Below, in pieces: positions 35,101-48,104 of a stretch of 64,000 nucleotides of DNA. The translations under genes were made by a program, and so were the position numbers. The stretch is from Vitrella brassicaformis CCMP3155 (Eukaryota > Protista > Chromerida). Position 1 is the stretch's first letter, and each line of letters begins with the position of its first letter. The notes under the pieces are model-generated. The model was not told the origin of the DNA, did not search any database, and saw only the letters and a program-made list of their open reading frames with translations. The stretch covers positions 33,460-97,459 of the forward strand of contig CDMY01000371.1 in the NCBI GenBank assembly GCA_001179505.1, read 5' to 3'.

Positions 35101-36236
35101 CCATGAAAGGACGGCAGCCAGGACCGGTCTCACGAGAAGAGCCACGGAGGGGCCCTCTCTAACATGGGAGGAGGCAGGATAGGAGCTCCACCACACCCAC
35201 ACAAACCCACCACCTACACGCTGCCGCCTCGCTCGTCAACACAGATGACTAGCAATGTATCGATGGCACCGCATCGGCCGTCCTATGCGCCGGGAAGTGA
35301 GGGAGAAAAGAAAACCGCAACAGCAAAAAGCCGGCGGCGTGGGACTCTCTGCGGCGGGCAGTCTTGCCACGCTCCGTGTCCTCTTCGTGTGTTCTTCAGC
35401 AAAGCTGTCGATTTCGCATACACATGCAGGCGTTGGGCGTCACCGTAAATGTTCGGTAAATTTGCGACCAAGGGTTCGTGGTTGGCACGGGAAGCCGCTT
35501 GGCATTGGTGCATTCGTGTCCGCGTTCGTTTGGTGCATGCCTTGTTGTGTGTGCTTGTGTATATGCACGTGGACGTCGCATTCATTCATATCCATCATGC
35601 AATGTCTGCGTATCGATCAGGTCGACAAACCTATGACAGGCCACTGTCCTGTCACACACCACACATCGCGTAAACCACACGGTCATGTCATGAAGACCGA
35701 CACACATACACTGCGATCCACACACACTCACGCACTGACACAGAGGGGCAGAACCAACGCAAAGCCCTGCACCAACGAGCATCCACAGCGGGCTGGATGG
35801 AGGGGTGTGTATGTGCGCGTGTGTTGGGTCAGCTGAGTAGAGTCTCACAACCACACCCTCTCCTTTTTGAAGGACGGCTAGAGTTTGTAGCGAAGGAGGT
35901 AACGGCGTCTCGCAGCCCAGGCGCAAACGTGACACCGAGAGGCGGCACACCCACCAGCCCGGCGCAACCAAGAAGCGCGCCCGACGGCCAGGCCCGGGGA
36001 GGGAGGCGTTGACGCTGAGCACTGTTACCCTGCGCATGTGCGGCGGGAAGTGTTTATCTGTACATCGTTGTCTGCAGCCGCTGGCGTCAGTCTGTCCGTC
36101 AGCCAGTCAGGCTGCCGTCGCATTGAAAGATTGTCGAGGGCACCAACTGAGTCCAGCAAGTGCATTGCACTGGACATGGGATACATCATTCAGCTGCGTT
36201 CGCAAACCATCCAGTCAGTCTCTGATCTCTCACGAG

Positions 36237-37207
36237 CTAAAAGTTGTTCTTGTACGCGAAAGGCACCTGCCAACCCACAGACAGACAGACAATCAGACGG
36301 CTTGAGCTCTGCCTCCCCGCTTGTGATGAGCCATGCTCTTCACTGACCTTGGTCCGTTGGTTGGCGTGGAATTTGTCGATAAGAAGCTCTGCCCCCCTCC
36401 TGGGGCTGCCCGATCCGAGTCGTAAGAGCTCTGCCTCCTCGCGTATGCCGTGGAAGAGGTTGTAAAGGGGGTCCTCCGTGGCCCTGTCGATCATGTCAGG
36501 GTCATAGTCGGGGAACCTGGGGGTGTCGACCGCATCGGCAGACCGCACGATCTCTATCCTATCAATCTTGATCCGAGTCATCTCCTGACGGTGGCCCTGC
36601 ATCCGACGGTAGTGCTTCTTCGGCTGATGAACAACACACACACACCAACCACACACACCACCAAGCAAAGCCTTGTGAGTGAGGGACGGGAGCATGTGTG
36701 GTGCAATGCAAACGGACTGACCCTGAATTTGAAGATCTTGAGCTTGGGTCCTCTGAAGTGTTCCTGTACTGTGGCGTACACCCTGACGTTCTCAAGGTAG
36801 GGTGTGCCGAACCACGCCTCGCCCTCGGGCGTGTTGTAGACCAGGACACGGTTCAAAGCCACGCGGCGCCCCTCGTCGGCCTGAAGGCGATAGACGTTGT
36901 AGAACCTCCCCACCTCCACCCAATGCTGATGACCGCTCAGCTCCACCACGGCAAACGAACCACTGCGATCTCGCCCATCAGTCCGCTTAGCAAGCCGCTC
37001 CTGTGCTGGAGATAAATACTCGGTCGTGTCAGCCACGGCGGCCGATGCTGCAGCGGTCCGCCGAGGTCCACGAGCTCCCACAGTGGCACTGTCCAGCCGT
37101 GCAGGGATAGATGAGAGGGGTGGGAGGAAGCCATGGCTGTGATGCTGGAACAGGAGGAAGGAGAAAGTAATCCCCACGCACGCCGTCCTTGTTGAATGCC
37201 AAATCAT
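36237..37207 (-). CDS. rpl21: Plastid-targeted 50S ribosomal protein bL21 (nuclear-encoded)
   Basis: FAVVELSGHQHWVEVGRFYNVYRL..VYATVQEHFRGPKLKIFKFR|PKKHYRRMQGHRQEMTRIKI is the bL21 signature. The bipartite leader has a hydrophobic signal, then G-FLPP, then a Ser/Ala/Arg-rich transit peptide. Confidence 0.9.
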
Positions 37208-37262
37208 CGCTCTTCCTCTTGGGACCGCCATGGGAGAGCGCTTTCACGGAATTGTTAGGCGT

Positions 37263-37270
37263 GCGAGCTT
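37263..37270 (-). promoter_or_regulatory. Candidate motif AAGCTCGC in the divergent rpl21/AP1M1 promoter
   Basis: 56 bp upstream of the rpl21 ATG (37207). Confidence 0.45.
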
Positions 37271-37354
37271 AGCTTACAAATCCTCTGGCTTTTTTGGAGG
37301 CCGCTGGCGCCGCGGAGCTTCCTGGTGTAGATCCGTGGTGTGTTTCCCGGGACC

Positions 37355-40300
37355 ATGGCTTCAGCATTGTTCATTCTGGATATGAAGGGCAAGACCATCA
37401 TCAGCCGCAACTACAGGGGAGATATCTCCTCGATGTCATCCGTCACGGACAGGTACAGGCAGTGCCTGCCACAAACAAGACCAGCGCATCTACTCGCTCA
37501 ACGAAATGACTCGTGCGTGTCTGTCGGGTCGGCCCCTGCCGCCATGTGTCCGTCCGTCTCGGATGTCATGTTTGTGTGTGCAGGTTTCAGCAGAATGTGA
37601 TAGAGCAGGAGGATGCGCTGGTCAAGCCCATTTTTCACGAGGACGGCGTCACCTTCTGCTGGATCACATACAACAACCTTTACTGTAAGTGAGCTGAGCT
37701 ACCTGGGAGGGTATGCGTACCGACACGCAGAAATACGACAGGCACACGAACGGGCTGGCTGGCAGGGGAGGGAGAGGCGGGTGGGGTGAATGGTGTGCCG
37801 GTAGGTAGGTGTTTGCTGGAATGGATGGATGGATGGATGTGTGTGTGTGTGTCAGTGTTGGGTGTGACTCAGCGCAATTCGAATGCCATGATGATCATGA
37901 CCTTCCTGTACAAACTGACAGAAGTAAGTACTGAGGGAGGGAGGGAGGGAGGGAGGGCGGTGACATGAAGATAGCACCGATCGATCGACCACCTGTATGT
38001 ACTGTATGCGTTGTTCATCCATCCATCCGTCTGTGTGTGTGTTGTGTGTGTTGTGTGTGTGTGTAGGTGTTTCGTGACTACTTCAAGGAGCTGGAGGAGG
38101 AGAGCATCCGCGACAACTTCGTCATCACATACGAACTACTCGACGAAATGGTCGACAATGGATACCCTCAAGCCACCGGTACGCAGGCAGTGAATTACCC
38201 TCGACACACACACCACACCCATGCCTGCCTGCCTCGCTATGCTGACATTGATTGTGATGGGTGCGTGGTGTTTGTCCCGGTTCCCTTCCAGAGGTGAAGG
38301 TGCTGCGTGAGTACATCAAGAACGAGGCCCACCAGCTGTCTGTCGACGCCATCAAACCACCGACAGCCATCACCAATGCCGTCTCATGGAGGTACGCAGG
38401 CAACGGAGGCAAGCGGGGGCGGGCAGACAGGGAAGCAAACGGACGAAACAATCAAAACCTTTCCTGTGTGCTCGGCGCGTGACGCGTTCCATGTCGACGC
38501 AGGTCTGAGGGCATCAAGCACAAAAAGAATGAGATCTTCCTTGATGTCGTTGAGAAGCTCAACCTACTCGTAAGGCCAAAGCCGTGCACAGCACCTTGTC
38601 GAGTGGTGGAAATTGTGACTGACTGACTGAGTGATGACTCGGTGGCAGGTGTCAAGCAACGGTACGGTGCTGAGATCTGAGATCCTCGGCTGCCTCAAGA
38701 TGAAGTCATTCCTATCCGGTAGACAGACAAGCAGGCATCACATCACCTGCCAGCCAGCCAGCTACCAAACCCACCCTCACTGGTCCGTCATTGTGTATCC
38801 AAGGTATGCCCGAGCTGAAGCTGGGCCTCAACGACAAGCTGCTCTTCGAAGCAACAGGCAGACGTAGGCAAGGCACAAGGAACGAAGCAACGAGTTACTC
38901 ACTGTACTTGCTTGTGCGTTCCCTCCCTCCCTCCCTCCCTGTTGATCTGTGTCAGCGATGGCGAGGGGCAAAGCGGTGGAGATGGAGGACGTCAAGTTCC
39001 ACCAGGTTACCTATGTGTGCCAACCACACCCACCCCCACACGACTTGCCATGCCATTGGGGTCCACTCGTGATCCTTGTGCAGTGTGTGCGTCTGGCCCG
39101 GTTCGAGAACGACCGCACGATATCGTTCATCCCGCCAGACGGGGAGTTCGAACTCATGTCCTACAGACTCAACACACACGTACGATAGATACGATAGATA
39201 CCGACCCCACACGCCAAGTGTATTGCAACAGACAGACAGACAGACAGACAGATAGATAGGCAGAACAGACGTACGTACATATTCGTGTCCTGCACTCATG
39301 GGTGTGCGTACGCGTATGAATGACCAGGTCAAGGCGTTGATATGGATCGAGGCGGTGGTCGATGCGGGCAGGTCAAAGTCGAGACTCGAATACATGATCA
39401 AAGTGAGGAGACACATAAAGGGGGACGAGCGAACACCATTTCTCGACCCAGAAGTGACCAACTGGCGTCTGTGTGTCTGTTTGTGCCTTGTCAGGCCAAG
39501 TCTCAGTTCAAGTCACGGAGTGTGGCCAACAATGTGGAGATCCACGTCCCAGTGCCCTCAGATGTCGACTCACCATCATTCAAAGTCAGCCAACCACGCA
39601 ACGCAGGAGGGACGGACGCAGGGAGACAGGGAGGCAACAAAGCAGCCAGTCACCCAGCCGGCCAGTGAAGCATAGGACTGACTGACTGACATGGATTCTC
39701 TTTTGCTCAGACATCAATAGGGTCGGTTAGGTATCTGCCACAAGAGGTGCGTCCCGTACGGACTGGAATGCGCAGATAGATGAGTACCCTGAACGTGCGT
39801 GTGTGTGTGTGTGTGTGTAGGATGTGATGGTGTGGTCGATAAAGCAGTTCCAGGGCCAGAAGGACTTCATCATGAAGGCCAACTTCGGACTCCCATCCAT
39901 CAGTGCCGGTCAGTCAGTCACTCACTTATCTGAGCCACAACCGGCCAGCACCCTCCCGCCTAAGGCGTGTGATGTGTATCTATCTATCTCTCTGTCTGTC
40001 TGTCTGTGTGCTGTTTGTGGGCCCGGCCAGATAATCGGGAGTCGTACACCAAGAGGCCAATCACCGTCAAATTTGAGATCCCCTACTTCACTGTCTCGGG
40101 TAGGGTACACATCACATCCACACCTACACCTGCAGACAGACAGACAGACGATGGATGGATGGATGCCCAGACGGACAGAGCAGCGACAGACACGGGTGTG
40201 CGGTGCGATGAGGGAGGGATTAATCAATCGTGGCTGCTTGCCCTTCTTCCAGGCATCACCGTGAGGTATCTTAAGATCATCGAGAAGAGCGGGTATCAGG

Positions 40301-40627
40301 TACGCACCCGTCAAGAGCAACACGCGACCAGCTGATCAGCTGTGACGTGCTTCTTCCTACCTCCTGGGTGCTTTCTGTCGTTCAGGCTCTCCCGTGGGTC
40401 AGGTAAGCAAACGCGCCATGCCCCTCCGACTACACAGATGATGGTTTGGTGTCTGCCTGTTTCTTATTTTTGGAAGATACATCACCAGGTGGGTCCCACC
40501 CACCCCACCCAGCGCAAGAAAGATATATACTCCGCCGCATATGATGGCATGGCATTCTCTACGCGTGTGTGTGACATCTGTCTGTTTCTGTTTCAGCAAC
40601 GGGGATTATCAGCTGCGCATGTCGTAG
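37355..40627 (+). CDS. AP1M1: AP-1 adaptor complex medium subunit mu1 (19 exons)
   Basis: [150 protein letters not shown]. All junctions are in phase. Confidence 0.97.
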
Positions 40628-41503
40628 GCAGGTCAGGTCGGTGGGCCGGCGGACAGGACACTCTGGTTGGTAGGGGGAGTCTCAAGCCATCCATCCATCC
40701 ATCGAGCATGTAGAGTAAGTAGCTCAGCTGTCCAGATGGCTTGGCTGCACTGCATGGCATGTGTTTGATCACGACACGACGTGGTGGGCACGTGACTTCC
40801 TGCGTACATGCCATCGGAGTGGACTGCGTGTTTGACCGATCAACGGAATGAGTGAGTGGGAGCAATAGTCATAATCAATCAATCAGTCATCAATCAATAA
40901 ATGTCACATGCTCATAAGGCAGGCCTGGCCTGGCCTGGCCATTCACAAAGTCCATCTCATCCATCGTTGGCATCGTTTGGCTGGTGACTGAATTGACACT
41001 TACACGCACACAAGCCACCACCAGCAGGCAGGCAGGCACCCAGTGTGTGTGTGTGCGGCCACTCAAGTCACTCGCGAATCCAATCCATATCACTGGCTCA
41101 CAAAAGACCACAGCAAGTGTTCAAGAAATATACACACATGCAGCTGGCTGGCTTGCCTGGTGGGCGCGCTGATCTATCTATCTAGATGGAGGGAGGGAGA
41201 GACCTAAACAGTCTGCGAGAGAGAGAGACACCACACGTATTTATATGGATGGACACACATACACACACACACGTGTGGACATAGATAGATAGATAGTTGC
41301 CCTACCGCCACGCGCACCGCACCGCACCGCACCGCATACAGCAAGCCCCCTTCCCCGCCCGCTTGCAGCCTGCTGGTAGGGTGCCTCTGCCAGTGAGTCG
41401 GCCGCGTGTGCATTACAATCAATACACGGTGTATGTATTTATTGTAGGTATGTATGTATGTATGTATGTGTGTCTGAATCGATCAGTGAGCGTGAGGGTC
41501 ATG

Positions 41504-44500
41504 TCAGACGCATGCGACGACCTGGAAGACGCATCGTGCCTCCAGCAGCTGGCCCTCTGAGCCAGCTACCGATCCCACGATCCGCAGCACCTCCTGGATG
41601 GGCTCACGGCATATCGGGCACTCTGGCAGGCTCGGACGGCGGTTGCCCCGCTTCCGCGCACGAGTCGTTAATGGCTGCACACATACACAGACACAGAGCG
41701 AGAGAGAGATAGGTGCGAAGAAGCAAGGCAGGTGGACGCAGCCAGCCAGCCAGCCAGCCAGCCGTGTGTGTGTGCCCCTCCGATCCGCCCACCCCACATA
41801 CATACGGTACGTACCTCTTTGAGGAATTCGCTGGAGCATTCGATGCAGAGTCCGCCATGGCCGCATGGTTTGAGCACCACATCAGCAGCTGCACTGCAAC
41901 AGATGGAGCAGAAGGGCATGTCCACCCCGGCAGACCCCTGCCGCCCATCCTCAGGAGGACCCACAAACACCGCCGGAGCCGCAGTCGGCCGGGCCATGGA
42001 CACACACACATCCGATGCTGACGAAGGGAACGGGTCGGGCCGCTCGTCCGGGAGATGGTCCGGCGGGCTGGTGGTGCTGGCGCCCACAACATCCTCACTA
42101 TTCACATTGCCGCCCCCACCCCCACCGCCACCGTTGGTCATGTCTGTGGGCCGCCCGATGATTGCCCGTCGTGTCGCCCGTGCAAAGATGGTTGCGGCCC
42201 GCGGGCGGGCGATAGTCACGACGGAAGGTGCGTTGCTGAGGCTGGGCTTGTCGGCTGACCCTGACCGTCTCCTCTTGAAGAGCGCCATGGCCCTCTCCTT
42301 CCAGGTGATGCGGATGCGGCTGGTCTTCCTCTCGAGGTCGAACCTGGGCGCAACGTCGTGGCCGGCCGGCATGACGTTGGCCTTGGCGCTCTCGTCAGCC
42401 TGCACTGTCACGCGAGACGGACACTCGGATATACCAGACGAGAAACCTAAGCAAAGCATCACAGACAGACCGAGGCGGTTGGCTTCGTTCGCTGTGTGCT
42501 GCGGTTGGTTGTCCGTGTGTGCGTCAGTGAGGTCAGTGAGTGCGTCAGTAACTGACCTTGTTCCTCTACGAGGAATTTGTCAAGTCCCCTTTGGAGTCTG
42601 GAGAGGTCACCGTAGAGGGCGTCGCTGACCTCCGACTGGTGGTCGCCCGGGTCCGTGTGCTGGTCCTTGTCGCCACCCACTGGCACCGGTGAGCCCGCCC
42701 CACCCTCTCCACCCTCCGGCTGCTGCTGCTGCTGCTGCTGCTGCGAGGAGGGGTCAGCTCCCTCCTGCTGCTGTCTGGATGTCGTGCATGTGGCACATGC
42801 GCAAGACGAGACCTTTTGGAGCCGCAAAGCTGGGCTTCTGCACGCCTCGGTTTCAGAGGCGATGGACCCCTCGCGATCGTCCGACTCGCCTTTGCCGCCA
42901 TTGGCCGGCTGGGGCCGGGGCTCGGACCCCTCACTCCCAGACTTGGCCGCCTTGCACGGCCGTCCACCCTGCCCCTGCCCCTGGCCCTGTGCACGGGGGT
43001 GGTTGTTGGCCGCCGAACGACGGGAGTCAGTGCTGCCGATGTCAGACGAATCGTCATTGAACCTGATGAAATAAATAGAATACACGGGGAGGAAGGAAAC
43101 ACACGTAAGTAAATGATACCTTCCTTGCTTGCTTCTGTCTACGTGCGGCACTCAGTTAACTGTCTGCGTGTTCACCTCACCGCCCGCCTCCCTCCCTCCC
43201 TACCTAAAGAAAGTGTTATTGACTTTAGTGAGAGTGGATCTGCCCGAGTCCGCTGGCGTCCTGAGGGCGGCGGCGTCGTGTGCCTCGGAGCGCGCGAGTG
43301 GCGAGGCCAGGTCCATGCGATCGAGCTTGGGTGGGGTGGCGGCTGGCATGAGGGAGGGGGAGGCCAGCTGCGACTGCTTCATGCGAGAGAGGGGGCTGAG
43401 GCCGCTGGTCGACGGAGGTGCGCCGCCGTGGAAGGCTGCCTGGTGCTGGGGGCGCTGGCTGGGCGAGATGACGTAGTAGTGTGTGGAGAAAAGCACCACG
43501 TCACCCAGCTGACCCGGCGACACACCCCCCCGGTTGTTGAGGCTGGTGGCTCCGTCGGGCAGCCCCCCCGACCCGCCCCACAGCAGCCCCGCACCCGACA
43601 TGCCCGTCACGCTGCTGGCAGATGGGGTGGCGGCGTCGACGCGGGACGAGGGGGTGATCATGTCGAGTATGTTGGATGACGACTGCTGATGGGGGCCGAC
43701 GGCCGGCCCCTCCATCCCGAACCCCTGAGGGCCGTACTCGACGTCAGTCGACGGCGACGCCGCATCGCGATCCTCTCCCTCAGCAGAACCTGATGGAAGA
43801 CACATACACAACGCAGGTGGCAGAATTCCCGACCCATACATCCCATGCCATGCAGCCAGGCAGCTGGGCCAGCCACGCCTTTTTTCGTGCATGCCATGCA
43901 TTGACTGTATGCATCCATCCATCCCTCCCTCCCTACCCCATGGGCCTTGTCCGCCTCGGTGTCTTTGTTGTTTGCCCTCGATGCGATAAACGGGTGGGGT
44001 GACGGTGGCCGAGTGTGTCGACTGCAGCTCCAGTGGCGTAAGGCACTGACAGTCGCTCGCTTTGCGGCACTGGTCGCTGCTGCACGAGGCCCTCTCATGG
44101 CGGCCGTCGTCGTACCGCACGTCCCTCTCGCGCAGCACTATGACGCGCCGCCTGTCGGGGTCCGACTGGTGGTCCTTGTCAGGCTGCTTCCGCAGCATGC
44201 CCTTCCTCGACGTGATGTGGGATGTTATCTCCTTAAGCGCACTCGAACGAGAACGCCCTGCACTCACACATACACACAAACATACATACCAACGTGGCAG
44301 ATGGCCAACGACGTCGATCGATCGATCAGTGAGTGTGTGTGTGTGGTGGGTATGTACATTGCCACAGTAGTGCGGCGGGTAGAATGATGATGACCAGGCA
44401 TCCAATCGGCAAGATCAAATAGTACACATACCAACCTAAACACACACACACACAGTCGACACACCCATAGATATTCGATCCCATCTGGTGTGTCCTGTCT

Positions 44501-45973
44501 GTCTGTCTGTCTGTCTGTCTGTCACTCACCGCGTTGCGAGCCCTTGTCCTTGTCGATGTGTGTGTCGGTGTCCCCACCGTCCGTGTCGCCCTCAGCCGTC
44601 TCCTTGGCCAGCACGAGGGAGCGCTGGTAGTTGTGTTGATTGAGCCACACCACTCCATCCCCGTCAGCACTGCTGGTCCTGCGCGCCACCTCCAGGTGCA
44701 CGTCGAAGCCCATCCCGCGGCTGCCCGTGCAGTTGTGGCCTGCAAAGGGCATCGCCTGGATCTTGATCAAGCGACCGTCCTCAGGCGGAGTGAAGAACGT
44801 CACGGAACTCACTCCACGCTGAGACAAACCATCACCTGCACCCAGCCAGCCACAGCCAGCGAAAGGAGGGGGATTGCCTGCCTGTGTGTGTGTGTGTGTG
44901 TGTGTCAAGTATGTGCCCGGCCTGCAAGCGTGACTGCCGCCCACCCACCCACCGACCCTTGTCTTTGCTGCCTTGGTCTTGGCCCTTGACCTCGCCCTGC
45001 ATGTGGGCGACAGCGGCTCGGCCGTTGACGTAGTAGCAGACACTCTGAGGTGTGCGGTGTTCTTTGGGGAATGTGATGGCGGCAGCGCTGATGCTGAGTG
45101 AGGTGGATGAGGGAACCTGCAGCAGCGGCACCTCAAATATGTCGTGGGACATGCTCGTCGGCGACTGAAAAAAGAACGACGGCGAGTCGGCCCCTACGCC
45201 ATTCACTGACAGACGGGATATAGCAAAACCTGAGTAATGAGTGGAGAGACAGACAGACAGACAGACAAGACAGCCAACCGATAGATAGGCAGATAGATAG
45301 ATACGTGGAATGGGAGCGGATGCCCCACACCACCCCTCAGCCCACGTCAGGTTTGATTAAGCTGACTGGCTGACTTACCGGCCTCTCCTTGGGTGGCATT
45401 GGCGGCTGCGTCTTGTTCGACTTGGCGGGCCTTGTCTGCGCCTGGCCCCTGGTCCGTCTGCCGCATCACGTCCTCGGGCCGGTTGACGGTCTCCAAGTTC
45501 TTGATGCGGGCGTCCTGACACTCCACGGACAGCCGGAACTCCCCGATGGCGTTGGAATACCCCGCAACCACTATAATGTAGTTGCCCGGCGGCACGTCCA
45601 CCGTCAGGCGGCTCTTGAGGTAGCCGAACGACTCGAAGGCCTCGTCGTTGTAACCCACACAGTAGTCGCTGCCGTAGGCCTCTCGGTGCCTGGCCGCCGT
45701 GGCATCCCTGTCCTTGTCGCTGCCCGAGAAGAGGGCCAGTCCAGCTGCATCGATGGGAGGGCCCCTGTCCTGGTGGGCCTTCATCTTGCCACTCGACTGG
45801 GCCCGCTTGGTGGAGTCCCGGCAGTCGGCCAGGACGGCTATGATGGTGTCGAAGGACGTCAGCAGGTGGTCCGTGCTCACAGTCAAAGAAATGCTCGCGT
45901 CCGACGCATTGATGTTGCCACGCGGATTCGACGTCCACGGCCGAAGCGACAACGAATACAGAATCTGACTCAC

Positions 45974-46006
<33 letters not shown>

Positions 46007-47399
46007 GCACACCACATGGCAAGAACAATCACTTGCAGAGGTGGCACTTGCTCTCCACCTGTGGGCTTCCCGATGTAAGCCCGCATCCAGCCACGGCCTC
46101 AGCCGTGCTGGCCCTGTTGGATGCGTCAATGACATCACCGCAACTAAGGGAGTTCTCTGGATGTGCCGTCAGGGATGCGGCCCAGGAGGGGTGTGGCAGG
46201 GGCGGCGACAGATTGGTGAGGGGGCAGAGGAAGGGCAGTGGCGTCCTGCCGTCATCGCCTGCGACCTCCTCATCTTCCTGTGCACTTGTCGTGTCGGTGT
46301 CGTTGGCCGTGTCGCTGGCGTCCTCATCGGTGGTGTTGAGTGCGGTGGTGGGTGCCGTCGAGTAGAGGACGATGCAGTCCCATTGTTCGTCTTGCTGTTC
46401 GTCCTTCTCTGCCATGGCCTTGACCATGCCCAGGTCGCCCCCCTGCCTCAGGAACCGCCCGTTGCGCGAGAGGGTGGTGGCCGTGGTCCTGGCGCGCTTG
46501 GGTGGGCTGCGGCTGGTGGTGCCGGGCGTGGCGTCCAGATCGGTGCCGTTGTTGGGACAGCCGTCCTCTATCGGCAGACATTGCGCAAACACCTGATAGA
46601 TCAATGGACACACGACACGACCTCGTCATGGTCACTGGCTGGTCAAAGAGTGTCTTGTCTGGGTGGGTGGATGGCTCACTTCGTTCTTTCGCAGACAGAC
46701 ATATCCCGGGGCATCACAGCATTGGGTGTCCTGACACTCATCCAGTGGACCAGACGAACAGGCTGACACACACACACACGCATACGGTCATCCACTCCAC
46801 GCAGCCCAGCCCCCCACACCCCATATGTCTGTCGGCTGTAATAGTGTGTGACCTGCTCTGGGCAGTTTGGCACAGGTCCAGCTGAAGGGGTCAGGTTCCT
46901 CGGGCGGTGGGCAGGGCTCGTTGAAAGGACGGCACTGAGCGTAGTACTGATAGAACCAAACGAGGGAGGGAACAGCGCAACGGTCGGTACACACGTGTGC
47001 ACATTCTGATTTGGTGTCGTGTGGTCCAGAGTGGGTTGCTTGGTTGCTTGCCTTGTCCTTTTCCTTGCAATGGAATCCGGGTGTGGAGCAGCATTGGCTC
47101 TCAAGGCACGGCTGGAAGGGGGGCGTGGAGCACTCTGACCATTCCATCCACACACACACACACACGTGGATGCACACACACCACACGCACAAGCAGTCCT
47201 TACTTACCAGGTTTGGGTAGGAAGCTGCAGGTCCAGTCGGCAGGCTCCGGGTCGAAGGCAGGCGGGCACGGCTCCTCCACCGGACGACACTGGGCGTAGT
47301 ACTGGGGGGATTCACACACACACAACCGTCACGTCAATGTCAAGCATCAATCAATAGTCGGGTGGGTGCGTGCGGTCAACGTCTGTCTGTCTGTCCGTC

Positions 47400-47430
<31 letters not shown>

Positions 47431-48001
47431 TTGCTGACTGCCTGCCGGACTTTGTTTTTTTCCTTGCAGACAAATCCCGCGGTGTTGCAGCACTGCATGG
47501 CCGTACATGCCTCGAAGGGACCGATGGGACAATTATCAGCCCCGTTGAACACTGACACACACAAACACCACACCAGCGCTTCACACTAACTAAGAGGCCG
47601 TTTGCTGTCGGTGTGCCAGCCTGTCCGTCTGTCTGTCTGTCTGTCTGCCTGACCTAAGGATGGTCGACCTGGAGCATCGGCCTCTTCGGGCAGAGCTGGT
47701 AGGTTCCGTTGTCGGGCGGTCGTCGCGTTGAAAAACGCCTCAACAACACCGCCGCCCTCAGTCACACTTTCAATCGCCTGACAGACAGACAGACAGACAT
47801 CGAAGGCCGGAGGGAAAGGAGGAAGGAAGGAAAGAGGCTTCAGCGCTTCGGTGAGCGTGTCAGACGCCTCTGTGCCATCTATTATCAGTCAGCCCAGCAC
47901 CACCCACCCACCTGAGTGACCACCGGTGCGTGGGCTGCTGGCCATATTGTGTATGACGGGAGGACTGCTGCTCCTGCCAGGAGGCGGACGATATGCCACA
48001 T
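41504..48001 (-). CDS. Single-pass receptor-like protein: signal peptide, 3 Cys-rich repeats, PPC-like domain, TM helix, C-terminal RING-HC (putative E3 ligase); ~18 exons, roughly 1500 aa
   Basis: All exon junctions were checked for phase. Signal-like MWHIVRLLAGAAVLPS..; three repeats C-x6-C-x4-CC-x5-C-x5-(Y/V)(Y/F)AQC; PPC-like FDTIIAVLADC..YNDE..SRLTVDVPPGNYIIVVAGYSNAIGEFRLSVEC; TM YVYYLILPIGCLVIIILPAALLW; RING CSICCSAAADVVLKPCGHGGLCIEC..|..CPICREPIQEVLRI. Confidence 0.8.
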
Positions 48002-48104
48002 AGCACAGCCACTCTGGCGTGCGAGGTCGGTTAGCCCAGCCCCTGCCCCATCGCGTCAAAATTAATAAATTAGGCCTAACGCTTCCTGTAAACTCATGCG
48101 CAAG

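Noticed and set aside
35200-36230. ORFs between the secreted orphan and rpl21
   Set aside because: Low-complexity translations with no homology cues; treated as UTR/intergenic.
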